64,000 nt of DNA from Frankiales bacterium (GTDB taxonomy: Bacteria > Actinomycetota > Actinomycetes > Mycobacteriales > SCTD01), in assembly GCA_025465465.1 (NCBI GenBank), contig JAODND010000091.1, positions 20,850 to 84,849 of the forward strand. Direction: 5' to 3'. Each line of letters opens with the position of its first letter. Within the stretch, counting starts at the first letter, position 1. A model generated the notes under the pieces. That model was not told the origin of the DNA. It did not search any database and saw only the letters and a list, made by a program, of their open reading frames with translations. This document shows, piece after piece, positions 16,890 through 25,076 of the stretch. The position numbers were made by a program, and so were the translations under genes.

Positions 16890-17963
16890 CTACTGGCTGA
16901 TGGGATGCGCCGCGGCGCCGACCGAGTTGTCGGGGCCCGCGCCAGGGGGCTCGGGATTCACCTCGGCGGGTTCGGCAGGTGTCACGCGAGCGGCACCGAC
17001 GCCACGTCGGCGAAGCGAACCGGCGTACAGCCCGAACCCGACACCGAGGATGAGGGCGGCGCCGTCGAAGAACTGGTTGACCCACGGAGAGGCGCCCCAC
17101 AGCGTGAGCCCGTTGACGCTGACGGCCAGGAAGAAGACGGCGGCGACGGTTCCCCAGACGTTGTAGCGGCCCGGTTGGATGGTCGTCGCACCCAGGAAGG
17201 CAGCGGCGATGGCCGGCAGCGTGTAGTTGGGTCCGAGCTGCGGCGTACCGGATCCGACGTTCGCGACCAGCAGGATGCCGGCACCGCCCGCGATGCCCCC
17301 AGCGATGACGTGCGCGCTGAAGACCCGACGCGGGACCCGGATGCCGACGAGCAGCGCCGCCCGCGGGTTCGAGCCCAGGGCGTACAGGTCCTTGCCCGCA
17401 GGTGTCCGCTCCAGCCCGTACCAGACCGCGATGGCACAGAGGACGAAGAAGTAGAAGAGCTTCGGCAGGCCGATCCACTTTCCCGCGCCGAGCCCGATCA
17501 GCTTGGGGCTGATGCCAGTGGTGATCGAGAGTCCCTTGGAATAGGCAAGGACCAGCGCGCTGATGACGCTCGCGATGCCGAGGGTGGCGATGATGGAGGG
17601 GATGCCGGCCTTGGCGACCAGGAGTCCGTTGACCACGCCGACTGCCAGTCCCAGCGCAATGGCCGCGACGACGGCTGCCCCGAGCGACCACCCGGACTTC
17701 GACATCAACCCGGCGCACACCACTCCGCTGAAGCCCGCGGTGGGACCGATCGACAGGTCGATCTGACCCGCGACCAGGGGTATCACCGTCGCGATCGCGA
17801 GGATGCCCAGTAGCGACTGGTCGGTGAGGATGTTGGTGATGTTGGCCGACGACCCGAACTGCGGCGTGGCGGAGTTGAACTTGAAGAAGATGCCGATCGC
17901 GACGAGCAGGCCGACGAGCCCGTAGCGCTCGACGAGCTCGATGACCTTCGACGTGTACCTCAT
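16890..17963 (-). CDS. ABC transporter permease, CUT2 (ribose/xylose-type) family
   Basis: 357 aa, polytopic, with RbsC-like sequence. Its start overlaps the ATPase stop. Confidence 0.9.
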   Translation of the reverse strand: MRYTSKVIELVERYGLVGLLVAIGIFFKFNSATPQFGSSANITNILTDQSLLGILAIATVIPLVAGQIDLSIGPTAGFSGVVCAGLMSKSGWSLGAAVVAAIALGLAVGVVNGLLVAKAGIPSIIATLGIASVISALVLAYSKGLSITTGISPKLIGLGAGKWIGLPKLFYFFVLCAIAVWYGLERTPAGKDLYALGSNPRAALLVGIRVPRRVFSAHVIAGGIAGGAGILLVANVGSGTPQLGPNYTLPAIAAAFLGATTIQPGRYNVWGTVAAVFFLAVSVNGLTLWGASPWVNQFFDGAALILGVGFGLYAGSLRRRGVGAARVTPAEPAEVNPEPPGAGPDNSVGAAAHPISQ

Positions 17964-19501
17964 CGCGTCAACCTCTGGTTCTCGAGAACGATTTCAAGCA
18001 GCTCATGTGCGGTGGTCTGGTCATGCACTTCCTGGGTCACCTGACCACGACACAGGACGAGGATCCGGTCACTGAGGCGGGTGAGCTCCTCGAACTCAGA
18101 GCTCGCCAGCACCACGGCCATGCCTTTCCTGCTCGCTTCCGCGATCAGCCCGAGGATGGCCTCGCGAGCACCCACGTCGATGCCTTGCGTCGGTTCGTCG
18201 AGGAGCAGGATCGCCGGGTCGGTGCGCAGCCAACGACCCAGTACGACCTTTTGCTGGTTCCCGCCCGACAGGGTCTCGATGCCGGCTTGCGCGCCGGGCG
18301 CCTTGACCGAGTAGCGCGTGAGGTCGCGCGTGACCTCGGCGACCATCAGCCTGCGCCGGAACCAGCCCCGACGGAAGTAGCGTCGGCTCTGCCCGACGGT
18401 CATGTTGGTCGCGACGCTGTGCTCCGGGAAGACGCCACCTGTGCCGCGATCCTCGGGCACGAACGCGACGCCGTGTGACTTCATGCGGGCGGACGTCGGA
18501 AAGCGAACGGCCTCGCCGCGCACGAGCAGGTCACCGCTGTTGATCCTCCGCACCCCGAAGATGGCCTCGAGCAGCTCGGTGCGGCCACTGCCCAGCAGGC
18601 CGGCGATCCCGACGATCTCACCGGGGCGGAGCGTGAAGCTGACGTCCCGCACCGGTCCAGCGCTCACGTGCCGGAGCTCCAGCACAGGGGCCTCGGACCG
18701 GGCGATCCGCCCGGCACCCGTCGTCACGTTGATCTTGCCGCCGAGGATCAGCTCGACCAGCTTGGGCTCGGTGAGATCCGCGGCGTCCAAGGTGCCCGCG
18801 TTCCTGCCGTCACGCAGGCACGTGACCCGATCAGCTGCCTGCCGCACCTCGTCCAGCCGATGACTCACCAGAACCACGCTGTGCCCCGCGTCGGCAAGCC
18901 TCCGCAAGGTCCGGAGCAGCTCGCCCGCCTCCTCGGCGGGCAGGGCTGCAGTGGGCTCGTCGAGGACGAGGATCGCTCGGTGCTGCTCGTCGACGTCCTG
19001 CAGCGCCCGGCCGATCGCGAGCAGCGCACGCTGCGGCATGGAGAGCGTCGACGCCAGGGCTTGCGGGTCCACGTCCAGGTCGAGCCGTCGCAAGACCTCG
19101 CGCACTCGCTCGCGGCTCGCCCGTGCCCTGATGCTGCCCGTAGGCCCCGTGACGAACTGACCACCGAGCCCGAGGTTGTCGGCCACGCTCAGGATCGGGA
19201 ACACCCCCAGGTCCTGGTGCACGAACCGGAAGCCCGCCCGTGCGGCCTCCTCCGGGCGATGTCCTGTGAGGTCCGTCGTCACGTCATCGATGTCGAGCGA
19301 GCCCTCGTCGGCGGACAGCACCCCCGCGAGGATCTTGATGAGCGTCGACTTGCCCGATCCGTTGCCACCGACCAGGGCATGGACCTCGCCCCAGGTCAGC
19401 TGGAGGTCGACGTTGTCGAGTGCCTGGGTGTTGCCGAAGCGCTTCGACAGTCCGCGCACCGCAACTGCGGTGCGCGGACCGTCGATCGTGGCGGGCTTCA
19501 T
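17960..19501 (-). CDS. ABC transporter ATP-binding protein, fused double ATPase (RbsA-like)
   Basis: Internal ATG at 19501 (MKPATIDGPRTAVAVRGLSKRFG...) forms a TGATG overlap with the substrate-binding protein (SBP) stop. It has Walker A GGNGSGKST and the signatures LSMPQR and LSGGNQQKV. Confidence 0.9.
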   Translation of the reverse strand: MKPATIDGPRTAVAVRGLSKRFGNTQALDNVDLQLTWGEVHALVGGNGSGKSTLIKILAGVLSADEGSLDIDDVTTDLTGHRPEEAARAGFRFVHQDLGVFPILSVADNLGLGGQFVTGPTGSIRARASRERVREVLRRLDLDVDPQALASTLSMPQRALLAIGRALQDVDEQHRAILVLDEPTAALPAEEAGELLRTLRRLADAGHSVVLVSHRLDEVRQAADRVTCLRDGRNAGTLDAADLTEPKLVELILGGKINVTTGAGRIARSEAPVLELRHVSAGPVRDVSFTLRPGEIVGIAGLLGSGRTELLEAIFGVRRINSGDLLVRGEAVRFPTSARMKSHGVAFVPEDRGTGGVFPEHSVATNMTVGQSRRYFRRGWFRRRLMVAEVTRDLTRYSVKAPGAQAGIETLSGGNQQKVVLGRWLRTDPAILLLDEPTQGIDVGAREAILGLIAEASRKGMAVVLASSEFEELTRLSDRILVLCRGQVTQEVHDQTTAHELLEIVLENQRLTR

Positions 19502-20670
19502 CAGCCCGTGACACCCCAGGACTTGGCGTACGCGGCGGGGACGTCGAAGGAGGGCTTGAAGTCCTGGCCCTTCGGCGGGAGGTCGGTCGTCGCGTCGACG
19601 ATCTGGAAGCCCAGGCCCTCGTCCCTGGCCGGCGTCTTGTTGAAGTAGCTGTTGAGGGTGTCCACGGCGCCATAGGCCCACCACTCGAGCGGCCACGAGT
19701 TGACGGCATCCAGGCCCTGGCCGGACCGCACCGTGTCGTAGTCGGCGGCGACGCCGAAGCCACCGATCATCTTCACCTTGCCGACCAGGCCGCCCTGGAC
19801 AACAGCCTGGGTGATGCCCAGGGTCGGGTTGGTGGCTCCGTGTGCAGCAACAGCGTCAGGGTTCTGGAGGAAGGAGGCCTTGGCCTTCGAGGTGAGCGTC
19901 GGGCCGAAGTCGGCCGCGAGCCAGTCGACCTTCACGCGCTTGCAGTCGGGGCAGACGGAACTGACCTGTGCCGCGTAGCCCTGCTCGAGCAGCTTGAGGG
20001 TCGTGTACTCATTGTTGGCGAAGTCGATGATGGTGCCCTTGCAGTTCGCCTGCTTGATGTCCCACGCCGCAGACGTCGCGCCGTAGGCGCGGACCGCATC
20101 GGCGAAGTCCTTGTAGCGGGACCCGAAGCTGATGTGGGTCGCGAAGACCGGTGCTTGCCCGGACGTCGAGGGGTCGTCGTTGAGGTCCCAGCCCTGCACG
20201 GAGATGGTCGGGATCCCGGCAGCGGTCGCCTGCTGGACAGCAGCCTTGACGAGCGGCGCGTCCAGGCCGACGCCGACGATGCCGTCGACCTTCGACGCCA
20301 CGGCCTCCTTCACCAGCACCGGGAACTGCGCGGGATCGAGCTTGGCGTCGTAGAGCTTGGACTGCCAGCCGATCGCCGCAGCGGCCTTCTGGACCCCAGC
20401 GGCACCGACGGCGACGGTGGGTGACGCCATCCCGACCGCGACGATGGCAATCTTCTTGCCCTTCGCCGCGGGGTTCGCCTCAGTGGGCGGCGTCGTGTAG
20501 GTCTTGGCCGCCGCTGTCTGCGTCACGGCTGCGATGCAGTCGGTGGACGAGGACGCGGACGTGCCCGTGCTCGGCGAGGCTGTGGCCCCCGTCCCCGACG
20601 ACGATGAGCAGCCGGCGAGGGCCGTGGCAATGGCAGTGACAGACATGGCGAGCTGCGCGCTTCTTCGCAC
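19501..20670 (-). CDS. ABC transporter substrate-binding lipoprotein (PBP type I, sugar-binding-like)
   Basis: The GTG at 20670 is preceded by AAGGGG. The signal peptide VRRSAQLAMSVTAIATALAGCSSS includes a lipobox. The ORF-track 5' extension to 20799 was dropped. Confidence 0.85.
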   Translation of the reverse strand: MRRSAQLAMSVTAIATALAGCSSSSGTGATASPSTGTSASSSTDCIAAVTQTAAAKTYTTPPTEANPAAKGKKIAIVAVGMASPTVAVGAAGVQKAAAAIGWQSKLYDAKLDPAQFPVLVKEAVASKVDGIVGVGLDAPLVKAAVQQATAAGIPTISVQGWDLNDDPSTSGQAPVFATHISFGSRYKDFADAVRAYGATSAAWDIKQANCKGTIIDFANNEYTTLKLLEQGYAAQVSSVCPDCKRVKVDWLAADFGPTLTSKAKASFLQNPDAVAAHGATNPTLGITQAVVQGGLVGKVKMIGGFGVAADYDTVRSGQGLDAVNSWPLEWWAYGAVDTLNSYFNKTPARDEGLGFQIVDATTDLPPKGQDFKPSFDVPAAYAKSWGVTG

Positions 20671-20724
20671 GTCGACCCCTTCGCGAATGAGCTGTGACCC
20701 ACGCCACAGGCAGTACCACTGTCT

Positions 20725-20742
20725 ACCAATCGGTCGTTTGGT
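20725..20742. promoter_or_regulatory. candidate operator, site 4 (variant spacing): ACCAATCGGTCGTTTGGT
   Basis: Lies 54 nt upstream of the SBP start (20670). It has the same ACCAA/TTGGT arms and ct..tg flanks, but 8 nt rather than 4 nt between the arms. Confidence 0.4.
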
Positions 20743-20868
20743 TGTCAACAGCTCCGCAACGTCCGCGAGCCCTACCTCGACCTCGTCGAGGTAGGGCAAC
20801 GGGCGTGCTTGTGCTCGTCGTCCGAGCTCCCGTGCGCGAAGGCTCTGGTTGCGGCGACGAGCCGGCTA

Positions 20869-21699
20869 TCAGGTGGCGTGTACCCCATTCGCGGTCGGCG
20901 CCGGAACCACTCGCCCGCTGGGGCCGGCCGCGGCCGATTCGCGCGCCATGAAGGCACCGAGCTCGGCAATGGTCGTCATGATCGGTGCCGGGAAGACGAC
21001 GGTGGTGTTCTTGTCCACGCCGATCTCGACCAGGCTCTGCAGGTTGCGCAGCTGAAGCGCCAGGGGGTGGGCCATCATGATGTCGGACGCGTCTCCCAGC
21101 GCCGCCGCTGCCATCGACTCGCCCTCGGCGTTGATGATCTTGGCGCGCTTCTCGCGCTCTGCTTCCGCTTGCCTGGCCATGGCTCGTTTCATGCTGTCCG
21201 GGAGCTGGATGTCCTTGAGCTCGACCAAGGTCACGAGCACGCCCCAGTCGACCGTGGTGACGTCGAGGATCTCCCTGATGTCGAGGTTGATCCGGTCGGT
21301 CTCGGACAAGGTCTCGTCGAGCGTGTGCTGCCCGACGACCTTGCGCAGCGTGGTCTGGGCGATCTGGTCGATGGCCGCGGTGATGTTCTCGATGGCCACC
21401 ACCGACCTGACCGGGTCGACGACCCGGAAGTAGGCGACCGCCGAGACGTCCACACTCACGTTGTCGCGGGTGATGATGCCCTGCGACTGGATCGGCATCG
21501 TGACCACGCGCAGCGAGACCCGGTGCAGCACGTCCACGAACGGGATGATGAGCGTCAGCCCGGGCTTGCGGGTCCCTTGCACCCGACCCAGCCGGAACAG
21601 GACGCCTTCCTCGTACTGCTTGATGATCCGCACCGACATCAGCGCCGCCAGCAGCAGGACGACGCCGAGGACGACCACGACGGTGATCAGCACGTTCAC
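20869..21699 (-). CDS. SPFH/band-7 (stomatin/slipin-like) membrane protein
   Basis: 276 aa with an N-terminal TM helix. IIKQYEEGVLFRLGRV...IIPFVD...ITRDNVSVDVSAVAYFRV is classic SPFH sequence. The GTG start overlaps the ADH stop (GTGA). Confidence 0.9.
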   Translation of the reverse strand: MNVLITVVVVLGVVLLLAALMSVRIIKQYEEGVLFRLGRVQGTRKPGLTLIIPFVDVLHRVSLRVVTMPIQSQGIITRDNVSVDVSAVAYFRVVDPVRSVVAIENITAAIDQIAQTTLRKVVGQHTLDETLSETDRINLDIREILDVTTVDWGVLVTLVELKDIQLPDSMKRAMARQAEAEREKRAKIINAEGESMAAAALGDASDIMMAHPLALQLRNLQSLVEIGVDKNTTVVFPAPIMTTIAELGAFMARESAAAGPSGRVVPAPTANGVHAT

Positions 21700-22742
21700 G
21701 AGGTCCTCGTCAGCACGACCTTGAGGGCTCCGGTGTCACCGGCACGCGAGAACACGTCGTACGCGGTGTCGAACTCGCTGAAGCCGAAGTGGTGGGTGAC
21801 GAACCTGGCCGCGTCGATCTGCCGGCCGGCCAGGAGCCGGAGCAGCGTCGGGGTCGAGTAGGTGTCGACGAGACCTGTCGTGATCGTCAGGTTTCGGTCC
21901 CAGATGCGCTCGAGGTGCAGGGTCGCGGACGTGCCGTGGACGCCGATGTTGGCCACGTGGCCTCCCGGCCGCACGAGGTCGACCGCGAGCTCGAACGTGG
22001 CAGGGACGCCAACCGCCTCGATGGCGACATCGGCTCCCAAACCTGCCGTGAGCTCGTGAACAGCGCTCACCGCGTCCTGCTGCGAGTTGTTGATGACGAC
22101 GTCGGCACCGAAGAACTTCGCCGCCTCGAGCCTGCTGGAGACCTTGTCCACGGCCACGACGAGGCTCGGGCTGAACAGCTGAGCACCAGCGATCGCGGAG
22201 AGGCCGATCGGCCCTGCGCCCACGACCACGACGACGTCCCCGGGGCGCACCTGGCCGTTGAGGACTCCGACCTCGTAGGCGGTGGGCAGGATGTCGGCGA
22301 GCATCAGGAGCTCGTCGTCGCTGACGCCGGCGGGCACGGGATAGGTGGAGTTGTCGGCGAAGGGCACTCGGACGTACTCGGCCTGAGTGCCGTCGATCTC
22401 GTTGCCGAGGATCCATCCGCCGCCACCAAGGCACTGCCCGAAGCTGCCGGCTCGGCAGTAGCGGCACGTCCCGCACGCCGTGACGCACGAGACCAGGACC
22501 CGGTCACCAACGGCGAGCGTCTTCACTCCCGTGCCGATCTCCGTGACAGTCCCGACGGCCTCGTGGCCGATGACGCGGCCGTCCGTCATGGCTGGGACAT
22601 CTCCCTTCAGGATGTGAAGGTCGGTCCCGCAGATCGTGGTGGTGTCCACCTGCACGATCGCGTCCGTGTCGGCCAGCAGGGTCGGCATCGGGAAGTCCTC
22701 CCAGGCCTTGGCGCCGGGACCGTGATACACGAGTGCCTTCAT
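21696..22742 (-). CDS. zinc-dependent alcohol dehydrogenase (MDR family)
   Basis: Internal ATG at 22742 (MKALVYHGPGAKAWEDFPMP) is preceded by GGAGG. It has the GHEAVG zinc motif, the structural-zinc cysteines CGTCRYC, and GAGPIGL. Confidence 0.9.
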   Translation of the reverse strand: MKALVYHGPGAKAWEDFPMPTLLADTDAIVQVDTTTICGTDLHILKGDVPAMTDGRVIGHEAVGTVTEIGTGVKTLAVGDRVLVSCVTACGTCRYCRAGSFGQCLGGGGWILGNEIDGTQAEYVRVPFADNSTYPVPAGVSDDELLMLADILPTAYEVGVLNGQVRPGDVVVVVGAGPIGLSAIAGAQLFSPSLVVAVDKVSSRLEAAKFFGADVVINNSQQDAVSAVHELTAGLGADVAIEAVGVPATFELAVDLVRPGGHVANIGVHGTSATLHLERIWDRNLTITTGLVDTYSTPTLLRLLAGRQIDAARFVTHHFGFSEFDTAYDVFSRAGDTGALKVVLTRTS

Positions 22743-22939
22743 GACTGCTCCTCCAGGGATGCGTCGGTGGGTTGAGTGGCGTTGCGGTGGTGCCGGCCCC
22801 GACCGGCAGAGGCGGCGGGTGGCGAGGTCCGCCACAGGAACACGGCCACACCGGCCAGCAGGCTGATGACGGCCAGCATCATGAGTGACATCACGAGCCA
22901 GGCTCCGAACCCGAAAGAGGCGGAGTGGTAGCCCATCAT
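22739..22939 (-). CDS. small single-TM membrane protein (hypothetical)
   Basis: Last 66 codons of ORF 22739..23317: MMGYHSASFGFGAWLVMSLMMLAVISLLAGVAVFLWRTS.... There is an ATGA overlap with the ADH start, but the Shine-Dalgarno sequence is weak. Confidence 0.35.
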   Translation of the reverse strand: MMGYHSASFGFGAWLVMSLMMLAVISLLAGVAVFLWRTSPPAASAGRGRHHRNATQPTDASLEEQS

Positions 22940-23116
22940 CGGAACCACGCGTTCTGGAGGTGCCGTGTCGCTGTCGTCATAGGTCCACGCCCTCGCTGCT
23001 CCGTGGTGTCCTTTCAGTGTCGAGACGACCCGTATCCGCAGACAGGGCCGAAGGTCACAGTCGGGTAGGGCCTTGCCGCCCTGTCCCGTTCGTGGCTCGC
23101 GCGATGAGATCTTGAG

Positions 23117-23704
23117 GTGAACCCCGCCTCGCTCCGCCTTCCTGTGCAGGCACTCGGATCCGCGGACAGGTGGCGCCGTGGACACCTCGGATCGGTCGCG
23201 GGTGTCACGCGCCGCATCGTCGGCAGTGCCGCCGGCAACGCGAGCCGCGCTCTCGAGGAGATCGCCGGCGCGATCGACGACCGCCGCCACCTGCTGCCCG
23301 CTCCCGAGCTGGCACAACAGGGCGACCTCGTCGTGCTGTCACCGGAGGAGTGCATGAAGCTCCTCATGACGCGGAGCACAGGTCGGCTGGCCTACATCGC
23401 GCGGGCGGGGGTGCCCGACATCGTCCCGGTGAACTACCTGGTGCACCAGCGAGAGATCCTCATCAGGTCGGGTCCGGGACCCAAGCTGCAGGCGGCGCAG
23501 CGGCGTGACATGGTCGCGTTCGAGGTCGATGACATCGACGAGGTGTCGCACAACGGCTGGAGCGTGGTGGTCATCGGCCGCGCCGCGCAGCTGGTGCCGC
23601 AGCGGGCCGCCCTGATGGAGCTGCCTGAGTCGTGGGCGAGCGGCCCCCGATGGCACACCCTGAGCATCAGCCCGACCCGGATCGCCGGCCGCCGCCTGCT
23701 GTGA
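23117..23704 (+). CDS. pyridoxamine 5'-phosphate oxidase (PPOX)-fold family protein
   Basis: The C-terminal 125 aa (LSPEECMKLLMTRSTGRLAYIARAGVPDIVPVNY...) match the Pyridox_ox_2 pattern. The start is uncertain: GTG 23117, GTG 23144 or GTG 23333. Confidence 0.6.
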   Translation: MNPASLRLPVQALGSADRWRRGHLGSVAGVTRRIVGSAAGNASRALEEIAGAIDDRRHLLPAPELAQQGDLVVLSPEECMKLLMTRSTGRLAYIARAGVPDIVPVNYLVHQREILIRSGPGPKLQAAQRRDMVAFEVDDIDEVSHNGWSVVVIGRAAQLVPQRAALMELPESWASGPRWHTLSISPTRIAGRRLL

Positions 23705-23705
23705 G

Positions 23706-24494
23706 TCAGCCCGGCACCTGGCGCAGCTGGAACGGGGGCGTGCCTGCGAGCTTGCCGCCGTCGAGCACCAGCGTGGTGCCGGTGATGAACGCGGACTGGT
23801 CCGAGCACAGCCACACCACGGCGGCCGCGACCTCGTCCGGCCGGCCGACTCGGCGCATCGGCATCGCCGCAGCCGCCGCCTGCTGTGCGGCGTCGCCGGC
23901 ACGCAACAGGTTGTCGGTCAGGATCGGCCCCGGAGCGACTGAGTTGACGCGGATCCCCTGCGCCGCATAGTCGAGCGCCGCCACCTTCGTGAGCCCTTCC
24001 AGGCCGTGCTTGGCGGTCACGTAGGCCGCGAGACCTCCCACGCCTTGCAGTCCCGCCGTCGAGGACATGTTCACGATGGCGCCACCGCCCAACGCGAGCA
24101 TGGCGGGGAGCTCATACTTCATCGCGAGAAAGACCCCGCGCAGACTGACTGCCAGGCCCGCGTCGAAGTCCGCGACGGACACGTCGCTGAGCGGGGTCGG
24201 TGGGTGGCCGCCGCCGGCCGCGTTGTTGCACGCGAAGTCGAGCCGGCCGAACTCGGTCAGCACCTGGTCGACCATCCCGGCCACAGCGTGCTCGTCGGTG
24301 ACGTCGGTGGGGACCGCGACCGCCCGTCCGCCCTTGTCTCGGAGCTCCATGGCGAGGGCGGCCAGTGCCGGTTCGTCTCGGGCCGCCAGGCCGACCGCGC
24401 AGCCGGCGTCGCAGAACGCGCGCGCGGTCGCTGCTCCGATGCCCCGGCTGGCGCCGGTGACGATGGCTACCTTGCCGGTGAGAGCACCTGTCAC
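23706..24494 (-). CDS. SDR family oxidoreductase
   Basis: 262 aa. It has GKVAIVTGASRGIG, NNAA and YVTAKHG motifs. The GTG start overlaps the MarR stop. Confidence 0.9.
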   Translation of the reverse strand: MTGALTGKVAIVTGASRGIGAATARAFCDAGCAVGLAARDEPALAALAMELRDKGGRAVAVPTDVTDEHAVAGMVDQVLTEFGRLDFACNNAAGGGHPPTPLSDVSVADFDAGLAVSLRGVFLAMKYELPAMLALGGGAIVNMSSTAGLQGVGGLAAYVTAKHGLEGLTKVAALDYAAQGIRVNSVAPGPILTDNLLRAGDAAQQAAAAAMPMRRVGRPDEVAAAVVWLCSDQSAFITGTTLVLDGGKLAGTPPFQLRQVPG

Positions 24495-24937
24495 GACGTT
24501 CCCTCCTTGACGACCTCGACGTTGTGCCGGAGCCGTGCCAGCAGCCCCTCGAGAGCTGTCACCTCGGGTTGCCGCAGTCCGGCGCGCAGCCGACGGTCAA
24601 AGGCCTGGACGCCGGCGAGCATCTGGAAGAACGCTGCGTCACCGGCCTCCGTCAGCTCGACGCGTTGCACACGCCGGTTGTCGGGCTCCCTCGTCCGCGT
24701 GATCAATCCGGCACTCTCCAACCGATGGAGGTGGTGGGTCAGGGTGGGCCCTTCGATCCCGACAGCCTGGGCGATCTCTCGCTGGGTGCCATGCCGTTCG
24801 CTCTTCACCGAGAGCAGGATCAGCCAGGTCGGCAGTGATCCGCCGACTGCTCCGAGTCCGTCGTCGAACGCGCGGCTCACCACCTTTGCCGTGCGCGCCA
24901 GCTGCAGTCCGATCGGCTCTCGAGCAGGAGCTCCCAT
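24491..24937 (-). CDS. MarR family transcriptional regulator
   Basis: 148 aa with a winged-helix region GTQREIAQAVGIEGPTLTHHLHRLESAGLITRTREPDNRRV. Confidence 0.9.
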   Translation of the reverse strand: MGAPAREPIGLQLARTAKVVSRAFDDGLGAVGGSLPTWLILLSVKSERHGTQREIAQAVGIEGPTLTHHLHRLESAGLITRTREPDNRRVQRVELTEAGDAAFFQMLAGVQAFDRRLRAGLRQPEVTALEGLLARLRHNVEVVKEGTS

Positions 24938-24947
24938 GTGGACAACG

Positions 24948-24974
24948 TTAGATGACTAATGGTTAGACGTCTAG
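24948..24974. promoter_or_regulatory. two tandem 12-bp pseudo-palindromic boxes (candidate MarR operator)
   Basis: TTAGATGACTAA (24948-24959) and TTAGACGTCTAG (24963-24974, with a perfect 10-bp core TAGACGTCTA). They lie 11-37 nt upstream of the MarR start, in a locally AT-richer gap. Confidence 0.45.
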
Positions 24975-25076
24975 CGCTGCAGCTGGTCGGGATCCGTCTC
25001 TTTCGCCAAAGACCCCCCGTGCGGGTCCATCGGGTGTTGGCTGCTGATAACCGAACACCGAGCAAGAGGAGCAGTT

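Noticed and set aside
9370-20742. Possibility that the recurrent palindrome is a KstR or KstR2 box, marking a steroid regulon
   Set aside because: The conserved positions are the outer ACCAA/TTGGT arms, not the AAC-N2-GTT core of the KstR motif (TnnAACnnGTTnnA). The centre is variable. I therefore treat it as a distinct operator.
22940-23317. N-terminal 126 codons of minus-strand ORF 22739..23317
   Set aside because: The translation has no protein-like features and overlaps the probable 5' region of the plus-strand PPOX gene. Only the 3' 66 codons (a TM peptide coupled to the ADH) look plausible.
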